Assembly (NCBI GenBank): GCA_963833575.1
Contig: CAWHXY010000004.1
Location: 160,001 to 224,000, forward strand
Source of the DNA: Candidatus Bathyarchaeota archaeon
Lineage (GTDB): Archaea > Thermoproteota > Bathyarchaeia > Bathyarchaeales > Bathycorpusculaceae
Direction: 5' to 3'
Length of the DNA: 64,000 nucleotides
Shown: one piece after another, positions 30,601 through 40,259 of the stretch
Position numbering within the stretch: the stretch's first letter is position 1
How the letters are laid out: every line of letters begins with the position of its first letter
Program-made: the position numbers and the translations under genes
Notes under the pieces: model-generated
Told to the model about the DNA's origin: nothing
Database searches by the model: none
The model's input: only the letters and a program-made list of their open reading frames with translations

Positions 30601-30978
30601 TTATTGGGTATTCTCAGATTCTAAAGCTCGAATTTGGACTCTATCGTAGCTTTTTAATGGCAGTCCTAATTTAATTGCCAGTGAAACGAAAACTGCGTCG
30701 TATATTGTAATTCGTTGCCTTTTTGCAATTAAATATGATTTCTGCATCAACTCTTCGTTTGGAGCTAGGATCTTTATTTTCCCAGCTTCTATTAGACCGT
30801 AGAAAATCGATATGTATGGTTTACCGTTTTCTAAGTCCTTCAAAAGATGTTCATGTTTCCAAATGGCGTTCGTGACTTCATAGGCAACTAACTCAGGAGC
30901 CACAATCTGGTCATTCGCAAGTAATTGTTTATTCTTAAGGAGACCTTCAACAATGAAACTGCTGTCGGCAACTATCAG
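30601..30978 (-). CDS. vapC: VapC PIN-domain toxin (probable CTG start)
   Basis: (M)IVADSSF...APEL..YEVTNAIWK...ITIYDAVF; in-frame stop two codons upstream of the CTG. Confidence 0.85.
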   Translation of the reverse strand: MIVADSSFIVEGLLKNKQLLANDQIVAPELVAYEVTNAIWKHEHLLKDLENGKPYISIFYGLIEAGKIKILAPNEELMQKSYLIAKRQRITIYDAVFVSLAIKLGLPLKSYDRVQIRALESENTQ

Positions 30979-31199
30979 CGTTCTCTATCCTCTCGAATCA
31001 GCTTCACTTCTTCCTCAATTGAGGTTTTAATTTCGCTTTCAGATTGCATTTTTTCCAGTTTGCACAGCAACTCGTCGGATTTCCTCTTGTTTAGGTAGAG
31101 TTTCATGCCTTCCCTTAGGGTATCCGATAATCTGCCATACTTCTTTAATTGGCGCTTTTCTTCTTCGGATATTCTCACGCTAACTGTCTTCATCGTCAT
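30975..31199 (-). CDS. vapB: RHH/CopG-type antitoxin (VapB)
   Basis: KTVSVRISEE RHH strand; C-terminal LIREDRER; overlaps the PIN gene. Confidence 0.8.
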   Translation of the reverse strand: MTMKTVSVRISEEEKRQLKKYGRLSDTLREGMKLYLNKRKSDELLCKLEKMQSESEIKTSIEEEVKLIREDRER

Positions 31200-31270
31200 A
31201 CGTTACGTAAGACACAATGTATGATTTAAGGTTTTCACGACTTTAACCTACAATAAAAGTAACAGTTCAA

Positions 31271-31303
31271 TTCTGAATTAAGCTATACCCTAAACTGCTC
31301 CAA
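31271..31303 (-). pseudogene. Remnant 2 of the FRVWLNSEE family
   Basis: 31271-31302 matches 40001-40032 at 31 of 32 nt; Trp codon changed to TAG. Confidence 0.75.
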
Positions 31304-31504
31304 CCCGCTTCGCTGACTAGCGCGGCGAGCTGGTTGTAGGTTTCAATTCCTTTCTGGTCGCAACTTCATTTTGAGTTTTGGCAGTGTTTTAGCAGAAATG
31401 GTAAATATTGCGTTTTTGGTTAGTTTGAGTATCATTGTTGGGATGTTTGGGTCTGAAGGTTAACTTTATCGAACTTGGCTCAAACAATCTTGCAGAGTGG
31501 TGTC

Positions 31505-32047
31505 ATGTTGGTGGAAAAAACAGCAAATAGTAATAGTCCGATCTGGGTAAGTCGGGAATTCTCAAAGTGTTGCGGGTGCAGAAAATGTGAAATTGCCTGC
31601 TCGTTGAGTCATGAGAGCAAGATCTGGCCTGAAGCCTCGCGAGTCCGCGTGTTCATGCTTGTTCCGGGCACAGAATTCCCACACCTCTGTACGCAATGTG
31701 AGGATTATCCATGCGTTGCAGTCTGCCCGTTTAAAGCTCTGAGCATTAACAAGAAAACTAGTGCAGTCACCGTCGACTCGGCGAAATGCACTGGCTGCGG
31801 AAAATGCGTAGACGCTTGCCCAGGCAAAGTTCCGCATATCCACCCGACAACTAAGAAGATTTTGATCTGCGACTTATGCGGAGGCGACCCACAGTGCGCC
31901 AAGGTTTGTCAGAGAGGCGGCTGGAACTGCCTAGGCGTCGTAGACCGGGAAAACCTTGAGTTTAAACTTTTCGCGCGTCCACCTGAGGAGACAGCTAAAG
32001 CTCTTGCGACGAAATTGTATGGGGAGAAGGCGGAGGAATTCCTGTAA
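31505..32047 (+). CDS. 4Fe-4S dicluster electron-transfer subunit (AOR partner)
   Basis: CCGCRKCEIAC, CTQCEDYPC, CTGCGKCVDACP, CDLCGGDPQC. Confidence 0.92.
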   Translation: MLVEKTANSNSPIWVSREFSKCCGCRKCEIACSLSHESKIWPEASRVRVFMLVPGTEFPHLCTQCEDYPCVAVCPFKALSINKKTSAVTVDSAKCTGCGKCVDACPGKVPHIHPTTKKILICDLCGGDPQCAKVCQRGGWNCLGVVDRENLEFKLFARPPEETAKALATKLYGEKAEEFL

Positions 32048-33915
32048 TGCTGGGCTATGCTGGAAAGCTCATAGAAGTTGACCTCTCAAATTCAAGCTTC
32101 AAAGACTTTGTGGTTCCTGACGAGTGGCTGAGAGACTACATAGGTGGCAGAGCCCTTGCGGCAAAAATCCTCAGTGAACGGCTCTTAAGCAAGTGGGAAA
32201 CTGTCGATCCGCTGGGACCTGAAAACCTCTTGTTCTTCATGCCGGGTCAGTTTACGGGGTACTTTCCCGGCGGCAGAACTTGCCTCACGGGCAAGTCGCC
32301 TCAGAGCAACGGTATGGTTGGCTCCACTGTCGGCGGCGAATTCGGTGTTGAGCTTCGCTGCGCAGGCTACGACGGCATCATAGTGTCGGGCAAAGCTGAG
32401 AAACCTGTTTACCTGTTCATTAAAGACTCTGATGTGGAGCTCAGAGATGCGGGTGGCATCTGGGGTAAAGACGGCAAGCAAACCGAAGCGTTGCTAAACA
32501 AAGAATGTAGACAATTGCTAGCTGAGCGGTATCCGCGGGTAGGCGTTTGGAGACAGCCAGCCAAGCTGTACATAGGACCTGCAGGCGAACGCAAAGTCCG
32601 AACTTCAGTGGTTATCGCAAAGTGGACTCACGCGGCAGGCTATGGCGGCTACGGAGCAGTCATGGGTTCAAAAAACCTCAAAGCAGTTGCGGTCAAGGGT
32701 ACGGGGCCTTTGCCTGAAGTGGCGGACATTGAGAAAGTCAAGCATATGATTAACGAGGCTTGCGAGGGGGCATACGGAAATGTGCTGTGGCGGCGGTGGG
32801 GCACCGGCGGGGGCGGCTACAGCTTCGGAGCGGAAACAAGTTCCGAGCCTGTTCGAAACTGGCAAGAAGAGCGGCACGAAGAGAAAAGCTACGGCGTGGA
32901 CCAGTTCGAAAGCAAAGTGTGGGTAAAGCCGGCTTGGAGCGACTTTGGCTGCCCCACGAACTGCCTGAAAATCAGCTGCATCCGCACAGGCAAATACAAA
33001 GGCGCCATAACCGACAATCCCGATTATGAGTTGCAGGCTTTTCTGGGTCCAAACTTGGGGTTGTTCACGCCCGAAGAGAACGTTTACTTGTCCTCGCTGC
33101 TTGAAGATCTTGGTCTTTGCGGCATCCAAGGCGGCAGCACACTGGGATTCGCGGCGGAACTTTACCAGCGCAGTATCCTAACTAAGGAAGATCTGGACGG
33201 CATCGAGTTGAAGTGGGGTGATGTGGAAGCTTTCGCAGTGCTCTTAAGGAAGATAGCTTCCCGAGAAGGCATCGGTGACCTATTAGCGGAAGGCACTTAT
33301 CGCGCCGCACTTGAACTGGGAAAACGTAAAGGCATCGATCTCCTGCCCTATACTGTGACAGGCAAGGGCATAAACATTGGAGCCCACGGTATACGAAGCG
33401 GCAGAGACTTCTCACGCGAAATAGGATACGCTTGCAGTGTACAAGGCGGCGACCACACCAGCATGACTGATCTGCCTATTGATGGCTGGGGCAGCGAAAT
33501 CTGGACAATATTCAACGACTCCGCCGTCATGTGCATCTTCACCTCGTTCAACATAAGTCCAACTTATAGATACGATTTCTACACCGCATTAACAGGTCAA
33601 CCTCTGCGACGAAAAGACTGGCTGAACGGCGGCGGAATGAAAACGCTCCAGATACAACGAGCTATGTTACTCCTCGGCGGACCAGACTTAAAGTGGAATC
33701 CATCGGTTGACGATGATAACCCAGCAAGATTCTACGAGCCGCTGCCAACGGGGCCATGCAAGGGACAAGCAGCTGACCACGCAAGGGTGAAAAGAAAAGT
33801 GAAGCAATACTACGAGCAAGCAGGATGGGACCAAAAAGGCATACCTACACAAGAAACTCTCACAAAGCTAAAACTAAACAGTGTAAAGGAGAGCTTAAGC
33901 AGACTGCGTAGTTGA
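32047..33915 (+). CDS. Tungsten/molybdopterin aldehyde:ferredoxin oxidoreductase family protein
   Basis: YIGGRAL, KSPQS, GYDGIIVSGKAEKPVYL, GAVMGSKNLKAVAV, REGIGDLLAEG, YYEQAGWD..GIP. Confidence 0.92.
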   Translation: MLGYAGKLIEVDLSNSSFKDFVVPDEWLRDYIGGRALAAKILSERLLSKWETVDPLGPENLLFFMPGQFTGYFPGGRTCLTGKSPQSNGMVGSTVGGEFGVELRCAGYDGIIVSGKAEKPVYLFIKDSDVELRDAGGIWGKDGKQTEALLNKECRQLLAERYPRVGVWRQPAKLYIGPAGERKVRTSVVIAKWTHAAGYGGYGAVMGSKNLKAVAVKGTGPLPEVADIEKVKHMINEACEGAYGNVLWRRWGTGGGGYSFGAETSSEPVRNWQEERHEEKSYGVDQFESKVWVKPAWSDFGCPTNCLKISCIRTGKYKGAITDNPDYELQAFLGPNLGLFTPEENVYLSSLLEDLGLCGIQGGSTLGFAAELYQRSILTKEDLDGIELKWGDVEAFAVLLRKIASREGIGDLLAEGTYRAALELGKRKGIDLLPYTVTGKGINIGAHGIRSGRDFSREIGYACSVQGGDHTSMTDLPIDGWGSEIWTIFNDSAVMCIFTSFNISPTYRYDFYTALTGQPLRRKDWLNGGGMKTLQIQRAMLLLGGPDLKWNPSVDDDNPARFYEPLPTGPCKGQAADHARVKRKVKQYYEQAGWDQKGIPTQETLTKLKLNSVKESLSRLRS

Positions 33916-34011
33916 TTCATTAAGGATTCAGAAAATTCCACAACTACTCTAAAAGTGAGTCCGAAGAAAGCTTTTATTTGTTAGTATGAAAATTATACTT
34001 TCGGTATTGAA

Positions 34012-34302
34012 ATGGGGCAAGAAGAATCTGAGATTGCAATCGTTGGAACAAAGGGTCAAATAGTTATCCCCCAACGATTTCGAAAAGAACTAAAGATAAT
34101 TTCAAAAACAAAACTCATAGTATACCGAAAAGGGGATAAACTTGTGTTAAGCAAGCTGGAGATTCCACCTTTGAGGGAAGAATTAAAAGACCTTTTCGAC
34201 GAAATTGATAAACAAAATAAGGGTAGGAAGATTTCTGACAAGGAAATTTTGAAAGAGATTCAAACTTATAGACTTGAGAAGCTTGCCAAAAAAAGCGCAT
34301 AA
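34012..34302 (+). CDS. AbrB/MazE-family antitoxin (orphan)
   Basis: GTKGQIVIPQRFRKELKI; no co-oriented toxin downstream. Confidence 0.85.
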   Translation: MGQEESEIAIVGTKGQIVIPQRFRKELKIISKTKLIVYRKGDKLVLSKLEIPPLREELKDLFDEIDKQNKGRKISDKEILKEIQTYRLEKLAKKSA

Positions 34303-34347
34303 AATGGCTCATGACATGAAAGACGTTGCTTTGTTAAGCCTTATCTG

Positions 34348-34746
34348 CTAAAGCCATATTCGTTTTGTTTCTTCTATTGCATCGAAGTGCGAATCGTCTG
34401 AGAGTATTCTCGCTTGGTTTCTGATTGCGGTGGCAGCGATTATGCAGTCACCAACTGGAATGTGTTTGTATATACTTTTTAGTATGCCTGCTTCCTTCGC
34501 AATTGAAGGGCTTAGACTTTCGATTCTTATTCCACTTGAAATGATTGATTGGTAGATCATTTCTGCTTTTTGCTTGCCCTCTCGTGAGCAGATCAGCTGA
34601 ATTGTTTCACAAACAACAATGGTTGGTATTATGCCGCTACTATTTTTGATTAGCTCTTTAATTTTCTGATTGACTTTCTGTCGAATGATCGGTTCTTGGG
34701 AATAATAGTATTCCACAAAGAATCGACTGTCAAGCACTTGGTTCAC
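34348..34746 (-). CDS. vapC: VapC PIN-domain toxin
   Basis: VLDSRFF, IVVCE, PVGDCIIAATA, LSDDSHF. Confidence 0.9.
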   Translation of the reverse strand: MNQVLDSRFFVEYYYSQEPIIRQKVNQKIKELIKNSSGIIPTIVVCETIQLICSREGKQKAEMIYQSIISSGIRIESLSPSIAKEAGILKSIYKHIPVGDCIIAATAIRNQARILSDDSHFDAIEETKRIWL

Positions 34747-34749
34747 CGG

Positions 34750-34977
34750 TTAGTATTCCTCTCGCAGCTTGTCGATTTCCTTTTTCATTTCTGTCACGTC
34801 TGCGTGACCAGCAAAGATTCCTGCACAATCCTCGATTTTGGGTATGCGTTTGAAGATCACGGCTTGGTCAACAGTTTCAACTGACAAGTCGTCTCCCTCT
34901 TTTATTCCCAGTTCGTTTCTGATTCTGGCAGGTATAGTTGTTTGTCCTTTTCTGGTAACTTTTACTGTTTTCTGCAA
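34750..34977 (-). CDS. vapB: AbrB/MazE-family antitoxin
   Basis: VTRKGQTTIPARIRNELGIKEGD. Confidence 0.9.
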   Translation of the reverse strand: MQKTVKVTRKGQTTIPARIRNELGIKEGDDLSVETVDQAVIFKRIPKIEDCAGIFAGHADVTEMKKEIDKLREEY

Positions 34978-35251
34978 CTTAATATTCTCTCAAGTAATGA
35001 ATACTGGTACTACCATATAAATAATTACTAACTCAGTTAAAAATACTACTTCTGTGCATTTAGCCGCATCAGTGCAGCTGGCTAAAGGGATGCATGTATT
35101 TCTTCAAAAATGGTTTTACTGGTAAATTGAGGCTAGTATCCCGTCTCTTTGGGTTCGCAACATACCAATTATATTACTGTTCCATAACGAAACGTGAGCC
35201 AATAGAGTTATATTGACTGGGTAACCTCTCACATTGTAGGAGAATTTTTAA

Positions 35252-35647
35252 ATGACCAATGATGAAAACAAATCCATCGTCCTCAGATTCATTAAAGAAG
35301 TGTTGGGCGGCGGCAATATCGACGTTATCGACGAATTGCTTGCGCCGAATTATACGAATCCGAGCATGGGCGTCACCAACCGTGCGGGTTTCAAGGCTGT
35401 GATTTCCGGTCTGAAGGCCACTGCACCGGCACACGATTTTGAAATTACCGATTTAGTAGCCGAAGGCAATTCGGTCGTCTTTCGGGGCAACATGAACTTC
35501 ACCCTCGCCAACGGGAAAAGGGTCTCCGCCCGAGTTCTCACCTATTACCGTCTAGTTGAAGGAAAGATCATGGAAGATGAACCGATAAGTACACCGCCTC
35601 TGACCGAAATATTAAGTGGTATGATGCCGCCAAAGTCAGGCTCCTAA
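35252..35647 (+). CDS. SnoaL-like/ester cyclase, paralog of 23435-23830
   Basis: ENKSIVLRF, DLVAEGNSVV; shared MPPKSG tail. Confidence 0.85.
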   Translation: MTNDENKSIVLRFIKEVLGGGNIDVIDELLAPNYTNPSMGVTNRAGFKAVISGLKATAPAHDFEITDLVAEGNSVVFRGNMNFTLANGKRVSARVLTYYRLVEGKIMEDEPISTPPLTEILSGMMPPKSGS

Positions 35648-35719
35648 ACTACATCTTCAGATTAGGGCTTAGCGCCGGTTATAAAAAATAGGTCACGGAT
35701 TCCACTTTTTAGTGCTTTC

Positions 35720-35830
35720 CGAACACAATATTATGCCGCCCTGCAAGCTTACGAAAAAGACCACAATCTACGCCCAACTATAGAACTAATGCTAAAACAA
35801 TATCGCTCTCTTAAAAAATTCCTCAAATAA
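35720..35830 (+). pseudogene. Probable C-terminal remnant of a Fic/DOC protein
   Basis: RTQYYAALQAYEKDHNLRPTIELMLKQY resembles the post-catalytic RxxYYxAL helix of Fic proteins; the HPFxDGNGR motif is absent. Confidence 0.5.
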
Positions 35831-35832
35831 AA

Positions 35833-35863
35833 GGTGACTACAAAACACACAAATGTAGTCACC
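35833..35863. repeat. Perfect 10-bp inverted repeat GGTGACTACA-N11-TGTAGTCACC
   Basis: Read directly, immediately after the Fic remnant stop. Confidence 0.8.
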
Positions 35864-35936
35864 CCACATTCTCTAACCAGTCTTGTTCAGGTTTAGGGAA
35901 GTTTAATAGGTTACGTTTGATATCTAATGTATTACA

Positions 35937-36239
35937 GTGGGTTTCATGTCTAAAACAATCACCTTAAGATTACCGCCCCAAACAGCAAAGAAACTCCAAG
36001 AAATCGCCAAAAAAGAAGGCAAAGACCGCTCAACCCTTATACGTGAACTTCTCGAAAACGGCGTTAAAGAAAAAAGCTTGGAGCAAGCCGTTGAACTTTA
36101 CCGAACGGGACAGGTTACAGCTTGGAAAGCATCACAGTTAGCTGGAGTTTCGTTGTGGGCTTTCTACAAAATATTAGAACCAAAAGGCATCATCATTCAA
36201 TATTCTGAGCACGATTTAGAGCAAGACTTGAAAGTTTAA
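35937..36239 (+). CDS. RHH + UPF0175-type antitoxin
   Basis: TITLRLP, DRSTLIRELL, AVELYRTGQVTAWKASQLAGVS. Confidence 0.85.
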   Translation: MGFMSKTITLRLPPQTAKKLQEIAKKEGKDRSTLIRELLENGVKEKSLEQAVELYRTGQVTAWKASQLAGVSLWAFYKILEPKGIIIQYSEHDLEQDLKV

Positions 36240-36255
36240 GGAGCTAACAGACGCC

Positions 36256-36792
36256 ATGCCACTAACAGTCTCAAACACTAGCCCCATTATTTGGTTTGCA
36301 AAAATTGGCAAACTCAACTTACTCAAAGATCTGTTTGATATAGTCCTGATTTCAGAAGAAACCTACAAAGAAGCAGTCGAAGTAGGCTTGCAAGAAGGAT
36401 ACAGTGACGCGTTGGTCATCAAGGATGCGTGCGACCAAGGATGGATAAAAGTTAATCGGCTTGATGAAAAACAGGTTGCGATTTGTCAGAAAATAATGGA
36501 GCACAGTTTTGAACTTCATGAAGGTGAAGTGAAGGCAATAGTGCTGGCTCGCGAAATTAGTAAGGACACACTTCTGCTAATGGATGACTCTAGTGGTCGA
36601 GCCTTTGCTGAAACATGGAACTTAAAAGTCAAAAGCGTACTCTACGTCATAATCACAGCCATGCGAAACGACTTATTAGATAAAGCTGAAGCAAAAGAGG
36701 CAGTGCTAAATTTAGTGAGCAAAGGCTTCAGAATTGAACCAAAATTTCTGGCAAAAATAATTCACGAAATCGAAAAAGAAAATATGCGATGA
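36256..36792 (+). CDS. PIN-fold DUF3368-type toxin
   Basis: VSNTSPII, LHEGEVKAIVLA, LLMDD..GR..A. Confidence 0.85.
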   Translation: MPLTVSNTSPIIWFAKIGKLNLLKDLFDIVLISEETYKEAVEVGLQEGYSDALVIKDACDQGWIKVNRLDEKQVAICQKIMEHSFELHEGEVKAIVLAREISKDTLLLMDDSSGRAFAETWNLKVKSVLYVIITAMRNDLLDKAEAKEAVLNLVSKGFRIEPKFLAKIIHEIEKENMR

Positions 36793-36958
36793 GCACTCAT
36801 GCGCAACGCCAGTTGCAGACTTCGTAGTTACTTTATTCAAATACCTTCCTCGGCACTATTTGGGGTGTGAAATACTTCCCTTTCTTCAGCTCTTTTAGAT
36901 TATTTGATAATGCTTTCATTATCGCTCTCTTATTCGTTTTACATGCTGCTGATGAACG

Positions 36959-37180
36959 ATGGAAACTGTTACAGTTTCGAAGAAATACCAAGTAGTTATT
37001 CCCGAAAAGCTGCGCAAAAGTGCCGGCATCAAACCGGGAGACAAAATGGTTGCGATAACTAAACATGGAATTATCCAGTACATACCTATACGCCCCCTAA
37101 AAGAAATAGAAGGCTTTGTCCCTGGACTTGACACAAAAAACCTGCGTGATAAGTCTGACAGAAGTGAAAGAGATTTTTGA
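36959..37180 (+). CDS. AbrB/MazE-family antitoxin
   Basis: VSKKYQVVIPEKLRKSAGIKPGD. Confidence 0.88.
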   Translation: METVTVSKKYQVVIPEKLRKSAGIKPGDKMVAITKHGIIQYIPIRPLKEIEGFVPGLDTKNLRDKSDRSERDF

Positions 37181-37214
37181 TACCAAGGTCTTGGTTTCTG
37201 TCTTTAGACTGTAG
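37164..37214 (+). pseudogene. N-terminal stub of a PIN toxin
   Basis: GTG-start (M)KEIFDTKVLVSVFRL*, matching the PIN first-strand pattern xFDTNVLVS. Confidence 0.55.
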
Positions 37215-37464
37215 CTTTTTTTCCTTTACGTGTACTAAGTCGCCACACAAGAAGTGCTTTGAATTGAGTCAAGTGGGCTAGTCTCCTTTTCGGGGCATGT
37301 GAGAAATGACCCAAGCGGAAACATTGGAAAAGTGAATTGTTGGTGGCAAATGTAAGTGCAGAATTAGTGCATTACTGATGCACAATTTTATATTTTAATA
37401 ATGCACACACGAGCAAGAATATGGTTTTGCTAAAGTTCCAGAATGTACTTGAAAGTTTTTAGGG

Positions 37465-37860
37465 CTACAGTGTCCTTCGTTTAAGTTCTCTTATCTTATC
37501 GAAATGTGTGTCTGTTGAAACCACAGCTTCTGCTTTCGCAGCAATTGCTGTTGCAGCATGAATAGCGTCTCTTGGAGCTAGACGATATTTTTTAATAATT
37601 TGCAGAGCTGACAATGCTAGATCTCCGTCGGCAGAAATGATTTCTAAGTTAGGAAAGTTCAAGAGCGCTTGGCAAGCTTCAAGTGCAGCTTCAAAGTCCA
37701 GTTTCTTTATCGCCCAAAATACTTCATCGAAGGTTAATGCAGATGTTTCTGCTTTTTCTTCTCCTTGTTGGATTCTTTGAAGCAAAGATCTTGCTTTTTC
37801 TCCAGGTTCTTTGGTGTTTAAAGTTGCGTAAATAAATACGTTGGAGTCAAGATAGATCAT
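37465..37860 (-). CDS. vapC: VapC PIN-domain toxin
   Basis: MIYLDSNVF, TFDEV, PRDAIHAATA, STDTHFD. Confidence 0.92.
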   Translation of the reverse strand: MIYLDSNVFIYATLNTKEPGEKARSLLQRIQQGEEKAETSALTFDEVFWAIKKLDFEAALEACQALLNFPNLEIISADGDLALSALQIIKKYRLAPRDAIHAATAIAAKAEAVVSTDTHFDKIRELKRRTL

Positions 37861-38105
37861 TAAGGATTTCTCGCTTTAAGTTCTTCTTCGTATTGATGGG
37901 GGTTTATTTTCTTGTTGTAGTTGATTTGTTTGGCTATTTTTTTGAAAACTGCTACTGCATCGAAACTTGGTTTCTCTAAAATTAGTTTTCCGTCTTCTAG
38001 TTTGAATAACACTTTGGAGCCAGGATTAATTTTAAGAGCTTTTCGCATTGTTCTTGGAATGACAACTTGCCCTTTTGGTCCAACTTTCATCTCTTCCTCT
38101 ATCAA
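37860..38105 (-). CDS. vapB: AbrB/MazE-family antitoxin
   Basis: KVGPKGQVVIPRTMRKALKINPG. Confidence 0.9.
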   Translation of the reverse strand: MIEEEMKVGPKGQVVIPRTMRKALKINPGSKVLFKLEDGKLILEKPSFDAVAVFKKIAKQINYNKKINPHQYEEELKARNP

Positions 38106-38170
38106 ATTCTCACCTTAGGTTATACAAAAGTAGGTCATGGATTTATACTTTTTAGAAGGCTCTTTTGTAG

Positions 38171-38482
38171 CCGCCGGAGAAGTCAAAGAAATACTTCAAA
38201 ACAAAAAATGGATTTTCTGTTACAAGCTCTCAGGTTGACAGGTTCATTTCGATTCTGGTCAAAAAGGCAACGATAGTGTCAGTGGCCTCCATTCCCAAGG
38301 TCATATTGGAAGATCCTGACAACGATGTAGTCTTCACCACTGCTCGCAGAGGAAAAGCAGATTACATAGTTAGCGGCGACAAGCACCGCCTCAAAGTGGC
38401 TTGTTATATGAAGATTCAAATAGTATCAGTAAATGAGTTTACTCAAATTATAGTCAGACACGGTTCTAAATTTGGCAGGTAA
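38171..38482 (+). pseudogene. C-terminal half of a PIN_3-type toxin
   Basis: SQVDRFISIL...EDPDNDVV..A..GKADYIVSGDKH. Confidence 0.7.
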
Positions 38483-38534
38483 AGGGTTCAGAATTGAGCC
38501 AAGTTTCATCTATTGGCAGTGATATATGCTGGAG

Positions 38535-39797
38535 CTATTTTAGCAGCCATTTCCATGCTGGTAAGACCTTAATGATCTTGCCGTTTCGTTCAATATTGTT
38601 TTCTTCGTTGAATGTAACTACCGTCAGTGTGTTGCAACTTAGCTTGTCGCTTGCTTCAAGAAGGGAGTTAATTTCTCTTGCGTATGTATCTGGATCTTTT
38701 ATGCTATAGCTGACTTGGATGAGTTCGCATGCCCTATTTTCCTCGGTTATTACAAAATCTATGTCTGAGGAATTTGTTTTGTAGTAGTGAATGTTTTTGT
38801 TTTTTCTAATCAAATTTACAAGAATGGTGTTTTCGAGTTTTTTTCCTTTGTCTGAATCAAAAAGACCTAAAATTCCAGAGTCTGAAACGTAAAGTTTTGG
38901 TTTTGTGTTCCTTTCTTTAATTTTTCTAGAATAAGGATATATCAGGAAGAAAAGAAATGCTGATTGAGCGTAATTAAGGTAATTAAGAGCCGTTACGCTA
39001 CTGATTTTTGTTCCTTGTTGCTCGAACCAATTGGTTATGGCTGGTAGTGAAATGTTTCTGCAAGCCGAACCGAAAAGTGAATTGATAAATGCTTTAAAGA
39101 CTGCGGTCTTTCGAATGTCATATTTTTCTATGAGATCTCTCTGTATCACAGTACCGTATAATTCAGTCAGTAGCAAATGTTTTAAAACGGAGTCTTTATT
39201 TTTTGTTATCTCCGGATATCCTCCAAATTCAAGGAACTCATTCAAGGCTGCGACTACTTTGCTGATCTCTTCTGATTTCATGTATTCTTTTGGCGTAATT
39301 TTCTCTGACCTTAAGTACTCCTTGAATGAAAAAGGCAGAACCAAAGTGTTAACCGCTCTACCGCGAAGCTCGGAGGGTAATTTATCTAATGTCAAGTCTG
39401 AAGTTGAGCCTGTTATAAAGATTTTATATTTTTGTTCATCAAAGAGCGTTCTTATCCATCTTGACCACTCGGGAAAAGTCTGCACTTCATCAATGAAAAG
39501 ATAAATGTCCTTTTTCGTTATGGGTTTATAAATAAGGTAAATGGCTTCCTCCACCTTGCTGAGATCGTTTACTGTTATCCCTGCAAAGTCTATATCCTCA
39601 CAATTGACGAATACTTTGTTACTTTTCTCAATGTCGAGGCTTTTCATGTACAAGAGCATCAAGGATGTTTTGCCCGATCGTCTTGGCCCTATTACCGCGT
39701 TAATGAAATTTCCATTTCGCAAAACTATGTCTCTTTCAATTAATTCTATAGTTTTTGGATAATCTACATATCTTGTAAGTGCTGTTTCGATGTTCAT
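38535..39797 (-). CDS. AAA_14 ATPase with DUF4143 domain
   Basis: GPRRSGKT, FIDEVQ, ITGS, LRGR, GGYPE, KLYVSDSG, LEN, DIDF. Confidence 0.9.
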   Translation of the reverse strand: MNIETALTRYVDYPKTIELIERDIVLRNGNFINAVIGPRRSGKTSLMLLYMKSLDIEKSNKVFVNCEDIDFAGITVNDLSKVEEAIYLIYKPITKKDIYLFIDEVQTFPEWSRWIRTLFDEQKYKIFITGSTSDLTLDKLPSELRGRAVNTLVLPFSFKEYLRSEKITPKEYMKSEEISKVVAALNEFLEFGGYPEITKNKDSVLKHLLLTELYGTVIQRDLIEKYDIRKTAVFKAFINSLFGSACRNISLPAITNWFEQQGTKISSVTALNYLNYAQSAFLFFLIYPYSRKIKERNTKPKLYVSDSGILGLFDSDKGKKLENTILVNLIRKNKNIHYYKTNSSDIDFVITEENRACELIQVSYSIKDPDTYAREINSLLEASDKLSCNTLTVVTFNEENNIERNGKIIKVLPAWKWLLK

Positions 39798-39919
39798 GTT
39801 GCCGTTTACCCCATTAATAATAGGTTCTAATTTACTATTTTAACAAATTAACTAATTAGCATTTTGCTATTTATTATACGCCGCCGTAGAAACTTTATTT
39901 TCAAAAGAGTTTTGCGTAA

Positions 39920-40078
39920 TTAGAATGAATCCTTGTTATTCAGGCTGGGATTAATCTGCAACTTTTTTTCTTCATATTTCATGACGAATTGTTTGCGTTC
40001 TTCTGAATTAAGCCATACCCTAAACTGCTCCAGCTCCTTTGCTGATTCTAAATCTTGGATTTCGAGTTGGTGTATCTC
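39920..40078 (-). pseudogene. Remnant 3 of the FRVWLNSEE family
   Basis: EIHQLEIQDLESAKELEQFRVWLNSEERKQFVMKYEEKK..., with no in-frame start. Confidence 0.75.
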
Positions 40079-40259
40079 TAAAATACCTTAACATGACTCC
40101 GTTTTTACGTTTCGTCAAAATATCCGAAACAAACGTTGAGCAAATTCTTAGGCGTAGTTGAGAGAAGCATTAAGGAACATCTCGAAAAAGCAAACAGATG
40201 GATCAGCAGTGGCAATTTTTCTATTTGAAAAAATAAAAAAGGAGTGAAGTTGACGATGA

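Noticed and set aside
31330-31365. tRNA 3'-end-like sequence GTAGGTTTCAATTCCT
   Set aside because: Too short and degenerate to distinguish from chance.
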